64,000 bases of DNA, taken from a bacterium. Lineage in GTDB: Bacteria > SAR324 > JACQKK01. Below the pieces are notes generated by a model. That model made no database searches and was not told the DNA's origin. It worked only from the letters and a program-made list of their open reading frames with translations. A program made the position numbers and the translations under genes. Below are positions 9,510 through 19,441 of this stretch, piece after piece. Location: NCBI GenBank assembly GCA_965205845.1, contig CBDBIG010000003.1:20453-84452 (forward strand). The letters are read 5' to 3'. Within the stretch, counting starts at the first letter, position 1, and the number at the start of each line of letters is the position of its first letter.

Positions 9510-10787
9510 ATGAAACCCCATCGCCCTGTTTACCTAGCCGCCCATGCCCTAACCCCGTTTACTGGAAAAGGGCATCCGCGCTTTATTTCCCCTTCCAAGG
9601 CACAGATTACAGGGCAAAAAAACCCAAGCCTTGAAGAGCAAATTGCCCAAGTGATTAGGCAACTGTTTGCGGGCGGTGGCCCTCAGCAGCAAAGCCTTGA
9701 TGCCAATTTGGTCGACCGCGGGTTGGTTGGCAATTTTGCGGGAGAATTGTTTTCGCAACAAGGGCATGTGGGGGCCATGGTATCGCGGGGAGATTCGCGC
9801 TTAGAAGGTGTGGGTTTTACCCGCTGTGAAGCGGCGTGTGCCTCGGGTGGTGTTAGTCTGGTGGGTGGTGCAGAAGCCATTCAAGCAGGCTGTGATGTGG
9901 TGCTGGTGTTGGGTGCAGAAGCACAAAATACCGTGAAAGCACGGGTGGGGGCTGACTACCTGGCTCGTGCCTCCCATTATGAAACAGAGCGATCCCTCGA
10001 TGAATTTACTTTTCCAGCCATGTTCGCGCGCCGCCTAAAAGCCTACAAAGAACGCTATCAGGTAAGCACCCGCGATGTTGCCCAGTTTTCAGTTAAAGCC
10101 TTTGGAAATGCCAACCGCAACCCGCTGGCGCATATGCACCACGTTCAAATGTCCCTTGAGCAAGCCGAAAGCACGGGTGAACACAACCCCACTTTTTTAC
10201 AAAGCCCCGAACTAAACCCTCACTTGCGCATCAGTGATTGCTCCCCTGTAACCGATGGCGCGGCGGCCGCTATTTTTGCCTCGAAGGAAGGCCTTGATAA
10301 GTTAGGCATTGCCCCGAATGATTGCATTCAGTTGATGTCGTATGCCCTTGCCTCCAACCCCTTAGGCAAGGTAGGAGACCTGTTACACATGGATACCACC
10401 GCCCTTGCCTGCCATGAAGTGTTTGCCGATGCGGGCAAAGGTCCTGCCGATATACAAGTGGCAGAGGTGCATGACTGTTTTACCATTGCGGAACTGCTGA
10501 TGTACGAAGCCATTGGTTGGGCCAAAGCAGGTCAAGGTCTCGATAGGCTCCAATCGGGGGATACCACCTTGGAAGGCAAAATGCCTGTGAACACGGGAGG
10601 CGGTTTGGTAGGTTTTGGGCACCCCGTGGGGGCGACTGGTGTCAAGCAGGCGGTCGAGATCCATCGCCAAATGAAGGGGCTTTGCGGCGATTATCAGATA
10701 AAAAATGCCCCTCAACTGGGCCTTACGGTCAATATGGGCGGGGATGACCGAACCTGTGTTGCCATGGTATGGTGCGATGCTGCCTGA
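9510..10787 (+). CDS. thiolase-family protein (acetyl-CoA C-acyltransferase / SCP-x-like)
   Basis: N-terminal VYLAAHALTPFTGKG. Active-site Cys region CEAACASGG. C-terminal NTGGGLVGFGHPVGATG. Confidence 0.65.
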   Translation: MKPHRPVYLAAHALTPFTGKGHPRFISPSKAQITGQKNPSLEEQIAQVIRQLFAGGGPQQQSLDANLVDRGLVGNFAGELFSQQGHVGAMVSRGDSRLEGVGFTRCEAACASGGVSLVGGAEAIQAGCDVVLVLGAEAQNTVKARVGADYLARASHYETERSLDEFTFPAMFARRLKAYKERYQVSTRDVAQFSVKAFGNANRNPLAHMHHVQMSLEQAESTGEHNPTFLQSPELNPHLRISDCSPVTDGAAAAIFASKEGLDKLGIAPNDCIQLMSYALASNPLGKVGDLLHMDTTALACHEVFADAGKGPADIQVAEVHDCFTIAELLMYEAIGWAKAGQGLDRLQSGDTTLEGKMPVNTGGGLVGFGHPVGATGVKQAVEIHRQMKGLCGDYQIKNAPQLGLTVNMGGDDRTCVAMVWCDAA

Positions 10788-11238
10788 AACTTTGCAGTCT
10801 TTTTTCAAAATCCATCAGACTTGTTTGAAGGTGGGGCTTTGTGCCGCGTTGGTTTTGCTAGGTGCGTGTACAGGGCGCGACTTTGCGCGGGTAACCCCAC
10901 CACTCGATCTGTATTCAGGCCAAGTGGCTGATTTGGGCCGCAAGGAGTGGCAGCAAGTGATTGTCACAAGCTGCCGTGCGGGCAGTAATGCAAGCAAGCG
11001 CCACGATTGTGAAGAAGAAGGAAAGGTACTTTTGCAGGCGGATAGTGCGCCTGCAAAGATTATTTCCACCATGTGTAACGAGTTTTCTACCACGCAAGGC
11101 ATGGCTGCGTGCTATTCCCAGGCCATTCAAATGGCCAATCACGATGCGCTTCGCCGCTTTCGTAACAGTTGTTCAGACGTACACCCAAAACCTAAGGCGT
11201 TTGTTACCTGCCTGCGCAAAGGCTTTCAGGCCTTTTAG
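10777..11238 (+). CDS. hypothetical lipoprotein (lipobox LLGAC); overlaps the thiolase stop by 11 nt
   Basis: Signal peptide plus lipobox. The 3' end including the stop is tandemly duplicated downstream. Confidence 0.4.
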   Translation: MLPETLQSFFKIHQTCLKVGLCAALVLLGACTGRDFARVTPPLDLYSGQVADLGRKEWQQVIVTSCRAGSNASKRHDCEEEGKVLLQADSAPAKIISTMCNEFSTTQGMAACYSQAIQMANHDALRRFRNSCSDVHPKPKAFVTCLRKGFQAF

Positions 11239-11344
11239 TGTTTTTAAAAATGCCCGTTGTTCGGACGTACACCCAAAACCTAAGGCATTGTTACCTGCCT
11301 GCGCAAAGGCTTTCAGGGCCTTTTAGTGTTTTTAAAAAATGCCC
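11168..11344. repeat. 88-bp x2 tandem duplication covering the stop codon of the lipoprotein gene
   Basis: 11168-11255 and 11256-11344 are ~95% identical. Confidence 0.9.
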
Positions 11345-11564
11345 GTCGTGTTGCTGCTCTAACACGCCAAGTAGCGTCACCGTCTGCCAATGCCGAGGGG
11401 TATTTATTTTGAAGCGTTTGGCGCATGGCTCTCCAAAGGCCGCCTGCCCGCATTTTAAAAAAATCACCCATGGCGCATCGAAGCTTTAAAAAATGGTTTT
11501 TTTAAGATTGGGGCTCAAAGGAAAACTCCGATGGGAACCATCTTTTAAAAAAGGGTTCGTGGTT

Positions 11565-13154
11565 TTACAAACGGGTGAGGATGTTCCCGGGGGTTTGACC
11601 CGTCATTTCGCCATTTTGGGCGACCACCACACCGTTTACCAAAACGCGTTGAATGCCACTTGGGTATTGATGCGGCGCTTTGTAAGTGGCGTTATCAAGA
11701 ATGTTGTCGGGCTCGAACACCACAATATCCGCAGCCATTTGTGGGGCTAGGCAACCTCTGTCTGTGATGCCAAAAGCCTTTGCTGGCTGCGAACTCATGC
11801 GTTGCACGGCCTGTTGGGGTGTAAGAAGTTTTTTGTCGCGTGCGTAACGCCCAATCACCCGCGGGAACGAGCCGTAATAGCGTGGGTGCGGTTGGCTTTT
11901 GTGCTCTTCCCCTTGGCGAGTGGTTAAAATGCCATCGGAGCCAATGGTGGTCCCTGGATGGGCCAGAATACACTCCATGTCTTCAACACCAATTAAAAAG
12001 AAAATAGCCAGGGTTTTGGTGTAATCTGCCAGTAGCAAATCAAGGGCTGCATCCACGGGAAGTTTCCCTTGGGCATCGCCTAATTCTTGCAGGTTTTTGC
12101 CGTTAAACTTGGCATTACTCGGCGATGCCGACACCATCACCTCTGTCCATTCGCTAATAGGCGATACCCCACTGCGATTGATGCCTTCCAGTATTTCGGC
12201 CCTAATTTGATCGCGGGTGCTGGGGTTTTGTAAGCGTTCGATCATCTTTTGGATGCCGCCTTCATGCGCCCACTGGGGAAGAATGGTTTTTAACCCCGTA
12301 CTGGTGGCAGGGTAGGGATATTGATCCCAATTGAGCTTGATGCCTTGGCTGCGCCAGTTTTCCAAGTGCTCTAGTACGGCTTGTGCTTGGCCCCAAAAGG
12401 CCTTACCGCTTATTTTGAGGTGTGAGATATGTACCGCCGCTCCCGAACGCTTCCCCACCTCCGCTGCTTCATCAATCGATTCAAAAATTTTCCCGCTCTC
12501 ATTGCGCATGTGGGTGTGATAGCCGCCCCCGTATTTGGCGGCAACCTTTGCCAATTCAGCGATTTCATCCACGTTTCCAAAAGACGAAGGTGGGTAGACC
12601 AGGCCCGTTGAAAAACCAAACGCACCACCCTTTAGGGATTCTTCCATCAAGGCTTTCATCCGCTCCATTTCAGACGGGGTCGGGGGGCGGTTTTCCATAC
12701 CCATCACCGCACAGCGCAGAGCCACATGCCCCACCAATTGAGCGATATTTTGTGCACACGGGGGCATTTTCTCTAAAAACTCCCCCATACTCTCCCAGTC
12801 ATAACGTAATCCACTGTCTAAGATTGCAGCATTTTCGCGGAGCAATTGTTTATGGGCAGGCAATATGGGTGCGGGAGACCAACCACACTGCCCTGTGATT
12901 TGGGTGGTAACCCCTTGCAACACCTTACCAGGTGCAAGGGGATTCACGGGCAGGTTAAACTCATCATGGGAATGGGAATCAATGAACCCAGGAGCGACGG
13001 CCAAGCCGCCTGAATCAATGATATGATCTGCTTTTTGATGGGCAAGGTCTCCTATTTCAACAATTTTACCCCCCGCAATGCTGATATCGGCTACATAGGG
13101 TTCGCCCCCCAAACCGTCCATTATCATGCCACCTCTAATCAATACTTCAACCAT
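11565..13154 (-). CDS. N-acyl-D-amino-acid deacylase (D-aminoacylase), amidohydrolase superfamily
   Basis: GFIDSHSHDE metal-binding motif. Length 529 aa. Overall D-aminoacylase-like. Confidence 0.7.
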   Translation of the reverse strand: MVEVLIRGGMIMDGLGGEPYVADISIAGGKIVEIGDLAHQKADHIIDSGGLAVAPGFIDSHSHDEFNLPVNPLAPGKVLQGVTTQITGQCGWSPAPILPAHKQLLRENAAILDSGLRYDWESMGEFLEKMPPCAQNIAQLVGHVALRCAVMGMENRPPTPSEMERMKALMEESLKGGAFGFSTGLVYPPSSFGNVDEIAELAKVAAKYGGGYHTHMRNESGKIFESIDEAAEVGKRSGAAVHISHLKISGKAFWGQAQAVLEHLENWRSQGIKLNWDQYPYPATSTGLKTILPQWAHEGGIQKMIERLQNPSTRDQIRAEILEGINRSGVSPISEWTEVMVSASPSNAKFNGKNLQELGDAQGKLPVDAALDLLLADYTKTLAIFFLIGVEDMECILAHPGTTIGSDGILTTRQGEEHKSQPHPRYYGSFPRVIGRYARDKKLLTPQQAVQRMSSQPAKAFGITDRGCLAPQMAADIVVFEPDNILDNATYKAPHQYPSGIQRVLVNGVVVAQNGEMTGQTPGNILTRL

Positions 13155-13747
13155 ATTCCTGTCCGTTCACGCGTTACCTTGTTTCAATGAAACCAAAATT
13201 GCAGCCAACGCAGCGAAGGGGCTGGCTACCAAAAACAGCCCCACCATAGAACTTTTAATCCTTATGTGCAAATCGGCCATCTCTTTTGTCGCCTGTGTTT
13301 CATCGTGAGACCTCAGCATAAGTTCTATATTCCAGTCTGAGCATATTTGATTATGCGGTGGTTGCTGGCAAAACCATATCGTTGCGATTTTGAGGGCGGA
13401 TTGTGATAAACTCGAGGGGCGTTTCAAAGGGAATTGCTTTACACAAATCTTGCACCTGAAACCAGGCAAACCCTAAAGGTAGCCTAGGACATCCTGACAA
13501 TATCGTTAAGGATGAGGAAAAACAAAATTACAAGCCAGAATATATTAGGCCAAAAACCCTTGCTTTTTAAAACCACCTTAAGTTCAGCCATGGGAAACCT
13601 TGTCCCTTTTGGCGCGTTGCAATGGGCATAGAGCAGTTGCAAATTATCATCGCTATCCGCTTCACCTTTTGCAAGGGACACAACGTGATCTTTGGTGAAA
13701 TTTTGATATAGGAAGGGTCGAGCCTTGCCGCCCCTCCCCCCAGCTTT

Positions 13748-14950
13748 CTAGTCTGTGGGTTGGGTTTGTAATGCTTGGAGCATAATGGCCAAGCCAGCAC
13801 GCAAACCCCAAGGCAAGCCGTCCTCGTTCATTAAAAACTCAGGAGCATGGTGCGGGTGCGATCGTTGATCGGCAGGGGCAATTCCCACCCTAAAGTAGCA
13901 TCCTGGGCGCGCTTGCAAAAACAAGCTCATGTCATCGCTGGCCATCACAGGGGCAGCCTCACCCATTTGTTTTGGGCTAAAGGCGTGGCTACAGCATTGG
14001 TGTACAAAAGCACTTTGTTCTTGGTGGTTTATCACGGCAGGGCAGTGCTCTCCTTGCAAGGTGAGTTTGGCATTGGCACGGTAAGCTTGCGCCATGCGTG
14101 CTGCATAGGCCTGTAAACGCTCTACCAATTGGTCGCGTATGTGGGATTTGTAAGTGCGAATCGAACCACGCAAATAGGCGTTGTTGGGAATGATGTTATG
14201 CTTTGAGCCCGCTTGCATCTGTCCCACGGTCAGCACGGCGGTATCTCGCGCGGGAATCTCGCGCGACACAAGATTTTGCATACCCAGCAAAATATTTGCA
14301 GCGGCGGTTAGGGGGTCAATCGAAAGGTGGGGGTAGGCACCATGCCCACCTTCGCCTGTAATTTCAATGTCAAAAAAGTCAGCGGAAGCCATGGACTCCC
14401 CAGGCTGCACCGTAATTTTTCCCGCAGGTGTTTGCGTGGTGAGGTGGAGACCGTAAACCTCCTCCACATAGGGGTTTTCCAAGGCACCCGCTTTAATCAT
14501 AGGCCTCGCGCCGCCAAACACCTCTTCTGCGGGTTGAAATAAAAATACAGCTGTCCCTGGCAAATCGGCTTTGCGGCTGGCCAGAATTTCGGCCAAATGC
14601 ACCGCAATGGCGGTGTGCCCATCGTGCCCACACGCATGCATCACCCCATTTGTGGTGGAGGCATAGGGAATATCAGGCGATTCCACAATGGGCAATGCAT
14701 CAATATCGGCACGCCAGCCAATCACGCGCCCTGCTTGATCGCCACGCAACACCCCGACAACGGCAGTTTCGCATCCTACTTTTTCGCGCACCTCAAGTCC
14801 TGCTGCGCGCAAACGCCCAGCAATCTGCTCCGCTGTGCGATGTTCTTTAAAACTAAGCTCGGGGTGTAGGTGTAGGTCGCGGCGCATATCAAGCAAAGAA
14901 TCAAGGCGGGCCCGTACCTCGTTCTCAAAACTTAAGGTGGTTTTGCTCAT
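13748..14950 (-). CDS. M20D-family amidohydrolase/aminoacylase (hippurate hydrolase-like)
   Basis: MHACGHDGHTAIAV motif. Start probably MSKTTLSF at 14950 rather than the ORF start at 15031. Confidence 0.7.
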   Translation of the reverse strand: MSKTTLSFENEVRARLDSLLDMRRDLHLHPELSFKEHRTAEQIAGRLRAAGLEVREKVGCETAVVGVLRGDQAGRVIGWRADIDALPIVESPDIPYASTTNGVMHACGHDGHTAIAVHLAEILASRKADLPGTAVFLFQPAEEVFGGARPMIKAGALENPYVEEVYGLHLTTQTPAGKITVQPGESMASADFFDIEITGEGGHGAYPHLSIDPLTAAANILLGMQNLVSREIPARDTAVLTVGQMQAGSKHNIIPNNAYLRGSIRTYKSHIRDQLVERLQAYAARMAQAYRANAKLTLQGEHCPAVINHQEQSAFVHQCCSHAFSPKQMGEAAPVMASDDMSLFLQARPGCYFRVGIAPADQRSHPHHAPEFLMNEDGLPWGLRAGLAIMLQALQTQPTD

Positions 14951-15116
14951 GGCTTTGTGGCTGCATAAAAAGGCTACTGAAGGGATGGGTTTGGGTGTGC
15001 GTTCTTTAACACCACAAAAACCCGCGGGCATCCCGCTAAGGCGTGTGTTTCACGCACCCTTGTCCTTGTAAAGGAAAAAGCAAGGAAAAAGCAAGTGCCA
15101 AAGTTTAGGCACCCGC

Positions 15117-15857
15117 CTACTGTAGTATCGATAAAAAATGGGTTTCTGTGCTGCGAAACACGTTCAGGTCGACGGGCGTTTGAATACCCTTCACGTTTCC
15201 ACGATCAGAAAATTGCCAAAACAGCCAGTTTTTTGGGCGAAGGGGACGCTGCCAGCGGTTACGCATCCAAATACGGGGATGTTGTAAATCGGCAAGGGCG
15301 TAAGCTTGATAAAACTGCCGCGTAACATAGATAATCGGCTTTTGAGCGTAGGTACGCTCAATTTCTTGTATCAAAAAAAGGACCTCTCCTTGCAACACCT
15401 CAATGCCAGGGCGCTTGCTGCAATTGCCTCCAAACTCCAAATCAATCGCGGGCGGCAGCGTGCCTTCTTCGGGTGGGGCCACGGCCAGCAGGTTTTTAAA
15501 TTGGTCGACAGCGGGGCGGCAGAGGGTAAAAAAATGGTAGGCACCGCGCACCAACCCCGCATCTTGGGCACCTTTCCAGTTTTCTACAAAGCGCGGATCA
15601 CGAAAATCACCCCCTTCGGTGGCTTTAATAAACACGAAGCGAAATTCGTCCGCGTCAATTTTTGTCCAGTCAATACGCCCTTGGTGATGGGAGACGTCCA
15701 GCCCCCAAAGATCAAATTCTCTGCGGGTGGGGTGGTTTAAACGTAACCAGTCTTGCTGATAGGCAGTATATAAGCCCAGCAATGCGCTGCCCAAAAGGAG
15801 GGTGATCCCCAAAAGCAAGCACGTTTTTTGGCGAGACAAAACAGGCATAAAGCACAC
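15117..15857 (-). CDS. GH25 lysozyme (muramidase) with N-terminal signal anchor
   Basis: GLDVSHHQGRIDWTKI ... FVFIKATEGGDFRDPRF ... GAYHFF. Confidence 0.75.
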   Translation of the reverse strand: MCFMPVLSRQKTCLLLGITLLLGSALLGLYTAYQQDWLRLNHPTRREFDLWGLDVSHHQGRIDWTKIDADEFRFVFIKATEGGDFRDPRFVENWKGAQDAGLVRGAYHFFTLCRPAVDQFKNLLAVAPPEEGTLPPAIDLEFGGNCSKRPGIEVLQGEVLFLIQEIERTYAQKPIIYVTRQFYQAYALADLQHPRIWMRNRWQRPLRPKNWLFWQFSDRGNVKGIQTPVDLNVFRSTETHFLSILQ

Positions 15858-15886
15858 GTTTGTAAGATAAAAAAGAAGGGGCTATG

Positions 15887-16160
15887 AAGGCGTCGTTTTA
15901 CGGGCGTGGAACCACAGGCTTTATCCCGTGAACATGCTCAAAAATCTCACCGCCAACGTGGCCCCAAAGATGAAGGCGTCGTTTTACGGGCGTGGAACCA
16001 CAGGCTTTATCCCGTTAACATGCTCAAAAATCTCACCGCCAACGTGGCCCCAAAGATGAAGGCGTCGTTTTGCGGGCATGGAACCACAGGCTTTATCCCG
16101 TTAACATGCTCAAAAATCTCACCGCCAACGTGGCCCCAAAGATGAAGGCGTCGTTTTACA
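15887..16160. repeat. 86-bp tandem repeat, 3.3 copies
   Basis: Units 15887-15972, 15973-16058, 16059-16144, then a partial copy. Confidence 0.9.
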
Positions 16161-16361
16161 AGGCAACGCGACCTTGGCACGAAATCGGGCTACCAAGAGA
16201 TACCTTCGGTGTGGATCACGAGGCAGGGTATGTTTGCGCAACACGCTAAAAACTTGTCTAAAAGCGGATGGCACGCCATGCCTAAAAATATAGCATAAGA
16301 AAGTCTGCGCCTATTTTAACGGACAGCAAGCGACAACACCATTTTTGAGCGTGTCAGTAAG

Positions 16362-16772
16362 TGGAGGCGGCGGGAGTCGAACCCGCGTCCTAATGGTGGT
16401 GAACTAAACGTTACTACAGGCTTAGCGACGTTTTGCGTTTAACAATGAGGATGTTGAAGCCGTCGCGGTCTCACCTCATGCGAGTTTGCCCTAGGAATTC
16501 GCCCAAAACACCAGCAAACCACTGTGCATAGGCTAGCACCATAAATGACACGGAAAAAGCGCTTATCGTGCGTGGGCACCTCCGCGGTCCAGCCCCTAAA
16601 TTAATAGGGGTGTAAGCACTCTGCTAAACCGCAATTAAGCGGCGAGGGCTACTGGAGCGTAGTTGCTGTTATTGGCATCTACGTGTGTGAACGATTTTTT
16701 ACGTGGCCCTTCGCTCAACCACGGCCTGCTCGCCTAATATCTCCTTCCACAGTCGAATGCCATAACGCCCCC
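16362..16772 (-). ncRNA. ssrA: tmRNA (ssrA), standard one-piece; predicted tag peptide ANNSNYAPVALAA
   Basis: 5' GGGGGCG...GCATTCGAC and 3' GGACGCGGGTTCGACTCCCGCCGCCTCCA form a tRNA-Ala-like acceptor with G3:U70. The 3' domain aligns with E. coli ssrA. The resume frame is GCC AAT AAC AGC AAC TAC GCT CCA GTA GCC CTC GCC GCT TAA. Confidence 0.8.
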
Positions 16773-16856
16773 ATGCGGGTAAAATACCCCCACTAAGGTC
16801 GACCATGCCAGCGCAGCCTATCTTGGCGCACAGTAACAGCCACTCCACGCTACAAC

Positions 16857-17963
16857 CTAAAGCAACTTGTCTAAAAGCGCAAGGACGTGCTTGGCAATGT
16901 GCTGGGCAGCATCGCCATAAAAAAGGGTATCGCAGCGCTTTTCCATGGTGGTAAGGCGTTTTGGGGCATCAAACAAGGCAACGATGGTTTTAGCCAATTG
17001 CTGGCCATTTAAGTTAGCTTGCTCAAGCAACACGGCTGCCCCTGCTTTGGCTAACCGCTGTGCGTTCTTGCGTTGATGATCCCCGCTTGATCGTGGAATG
17101 GGGGTTAGGATGGAAGCCCTTTTGGCACAGGTGAGTTCGTGAATGGTACTGGCGCCTGCACGGGCATACACCAAATGGGCTTTGGCATACATGGCTGGCA
17201 TGTCTTTAATAAAGGTTAAGGCCTCTGCTTGCAAGCTGGGGTATTTGGCTTGCTCTGCTTGCACCAAGGCCAAGTCAGCTGCCCCTGTTTGGTGAATAAT
17301 GCGCAGCGGCCTCCCCCATTCGGCCAAAAAAGGCAGGGCCGCAATAACCGCCTTGTTGAGCTGATGCGCCCCCTGACTTCCCCCAAAAATGAGCAAGCAA
17401 GCTGGCGTTTGTGCCCGTTTAGGGCTGTTGGCGTTGGGTTGGCGCAAGGCTAAAATGTCTTGGCGAACGGGGGAACCGGTAACCACGCCATGGCGAAAGT
17501 ACGAGGCCACGCCTTCCTCCTGGGGCAAAAAGGCCGCGTGGGCCCAGGGCCCTAACAGGCGGTTGGCCAGCCCTGGGTGTGCATTTTGTTCTTGTAATGC
17601 CACCTTGCACCTAAGCAGCAAGCCCAATGCCACAAAGGGTGCCGAGGCATACCCCCCCACGCCAATAATAAGGTGAGGGCGATAGCATACAAGGGCCCAA
17701 AGGCATTGCAACAGGGCCAAGGGAAGTAAACATAAGGTGGTTAAACGCCGCCTTAACCCCATGCCTGCCCAGCCGCGGATAGCTGCTAAGTGAATTTTAT
17801 AACCCAGCTGGGGTGCCAAACGGCGCTCGATGCCGTAGTACGCTCCACCAAAGCGCAGCTCGCACCCAGGGTTTTGTTTTTGAATGGCTTGGGCGATGGC
17901 CACCCCTGGAAAAAAATGTCCGCCAGTCCCCCCTCCAGCGATTAAAATGCGATACGCTCTCAT
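16857..17963 (-). CDS. murG: UDP-N-acetylglucosamine--N-acetylmuramyl-(pentapeptide) pyrophosphoryl-undecaprenol GlcNAc transferase
   Basis: N-terminal ILIAGGGTGGHFFPGVAIA. Confidence 0.8.
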   Translation of the reverse strand: MRAYRILIAGGGTGGHFFPGVAIAQAIQKQNPGCELRFGGAYYGIERRLAPQLGYKIHLAAIRGWAGMGLRRRLTTLCLLPLALLQCLWALVCYRPHLIIGVGGYASAPFVALGLLLRCKVALQEQNAHPGLANRLLGPWAHAAFLPQEEGVASYFRHGVVTGSPVRQDILALRQPNANSPKRAQTPACLLIFGGSQGAHQLNKAVIAALPFLAEWGRPLRIIHQTGAADLALVQAEQAKYPSLQAEALTFIKDMPAMYAKAHLVYARAGASTIHELTCAKRASILTPIPRSSGDHQRKNAQRLAKAGAAVLLEQANLNGQQLAKTIVALFDAPKRLTTMEKRCDTLFYGDAAQHIAKHVLALLDKLL

Positions 17964-17967
17964 AAGG

Positions 17968-19140
17968 CTAACCCGTAGCTCCCTTGCGTAACAAGGTACT
18001 TCGATGCGGTGCTACACGCAGCAAAACCTGGCGGCGCTGTAAACCCAACAATAAACCTGTCATCCACAAATTGGTAATGAGCGAGGCCCCTCCATAGCTC
18101 ATAAAAGGCAGGGGCAAACCTTTTGCAGGCACCAAACCCATTACCACAAATAAGTGGATTAAGGTTTGCAAGGCCAACGTACAACTGAGTCCACTGGCCA
18201 TTAAGCGTGCAAAGCGCTCTTCTAAATGCCAACTAAGCCTAAAGGCACGCCAAAAAAAAACCGCATACAATGCCAGTAAGGCCACCACCCCTAAAAAACC
18301 CGTTTCCTCTCCCCAGATCGAGAAAATAAAATCGGTGTGTGCATCGGGCAAAAAGAGCCGTTTTTGGCGGCTGGCACCCAGCCCCAACCCCAACAAGCCA
18401 CCCCCACCCAATGCGAGGTAGCTTTGTATAATTTGAAACCCTGAGTCAAGGCGATCCGCCCAAGGATCTAAAAAAGCCGTAACGCGGCGCATGCGATAGG
18501 GTTCGCTAAAGGTCAATACCCCCAGCACTACCCCCGCCACCATCCCTGCCAAACCAAGGTGCGCCAAGGGTGCACCCCCAATAAACAATACCATAAATAC
18601 GGCACCCACCAGCAAGGCGACCCCCCCAAAATCGGGCTGCAACAACACCATAAAAAGAGAGACCCCTGTCCAAAGCAGCGGGCGCATTTGATGATACCAA
18701 AAATCTGCTTCACGCCCACGGTAAGGGGCAAGGTGGTGTGCAAACAACAAAATCAAGGTGGGCTTAAGAATCTCAACGGGCTGTAAGCGAAAAAACCCCA
18801 AATCAAGCCAACGCTGGGCACCCCCCACTTTAACCCCCCAACTAGGGACCAGGGTAAGGGCAAGCAAAAACAAGCAGACATACACACTGGGCATGGTTAG
18901 TTTACGCAGCAGGCTCGTGGGCATTAAGGTGGCACAAAAAAGTGCCCCCAAACCAAGAACGGTATGTACCATATGGCGCTGAAAAAAAAATAAACTATCG
19001 CCGTAAAGCTGTTGGGCAATGGGCCCGCTAGCACTGGCAATGGCCACCGAGCCAATCAACAACAACAGCACTACACACCCCAGCAAGTGGAGGTCCCAGC
19101 CACGCGAATAATGGGCGAAAGCGTTTTTGAAAAAACCCAT
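17968..19140 (-). CDS. ftsW: SEDS-family peptidoglycan glycosyltransferase (FtsW)
   Basis: Polytopic membrane protein of the FtsW/RodA family, adjacent to murG. Confidence 0.7.
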   Translation of the reverse strand: MGFFKNAFAHYSRGWDLHLLGCVVLLLLIGSVAIASASGPIAQQLYGDSLFFFQRHMVHTVLGLGALFCATLMPTSLLRKLTMPSVYVCLFLLALTLVPSWGVKVGGAQRWLDLGFFRLQPVEILKPTLILLFAHHLAPYRGREADFWYHQMRPLLWTGVSLFMVLLQPDFGGVALLVGAVFMVLFIGGAPLAHLGLAGMVAGVVLGVLTFSEPYRMRRVTAFLDPWADRLDSGFQIIQSYLALGGGGLLGLGLGASRQKRLFLPDAHTDFIFSIWGEETGFLGVVALLALYAVFFWRAFRLSWHLEERFARLMASGLSCTLALQTLIHLFVVMGLVPAKGLPLPFMSYGGASLITNLWMTGLLLGLQRRQVLLRVAPHRSTLLRKGATG

Positions 19141-19441
19141 TGGCGGCCATTCTTGCCCATAAAAAAGATGCGAGAGGGGGTTTTAAAAAATGGGAGTAAA
19201 ACCCGTGTTCTATGGGGTTAGCGCAAAAAAGCAAGGCAAAAGGCCAAGTCCCATCAGCAAAAGAACGGGGCCTGCCTCGGTCAACGCCTTGGTTGCACTC
19301 GAAGTCCCATCAGCAAAAGAACGGGGCCTGCCTCGGTTCAAATACAATAAGAGCCTTGCGCTGTAAGTACTGTCTTGCTTGTAGATTGCAAAAGCATGCT
19401 TATTTCTCACAAAACCGCGACCTTAGTTTGCCTACGCACAG

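Noticed and set aside
16180-16361. Intrinsic terminator downstream of ssrA
   Set aside because: Only a weak 5-bp inverted repeat (gacac/gtgtc) with no convincing U-tract
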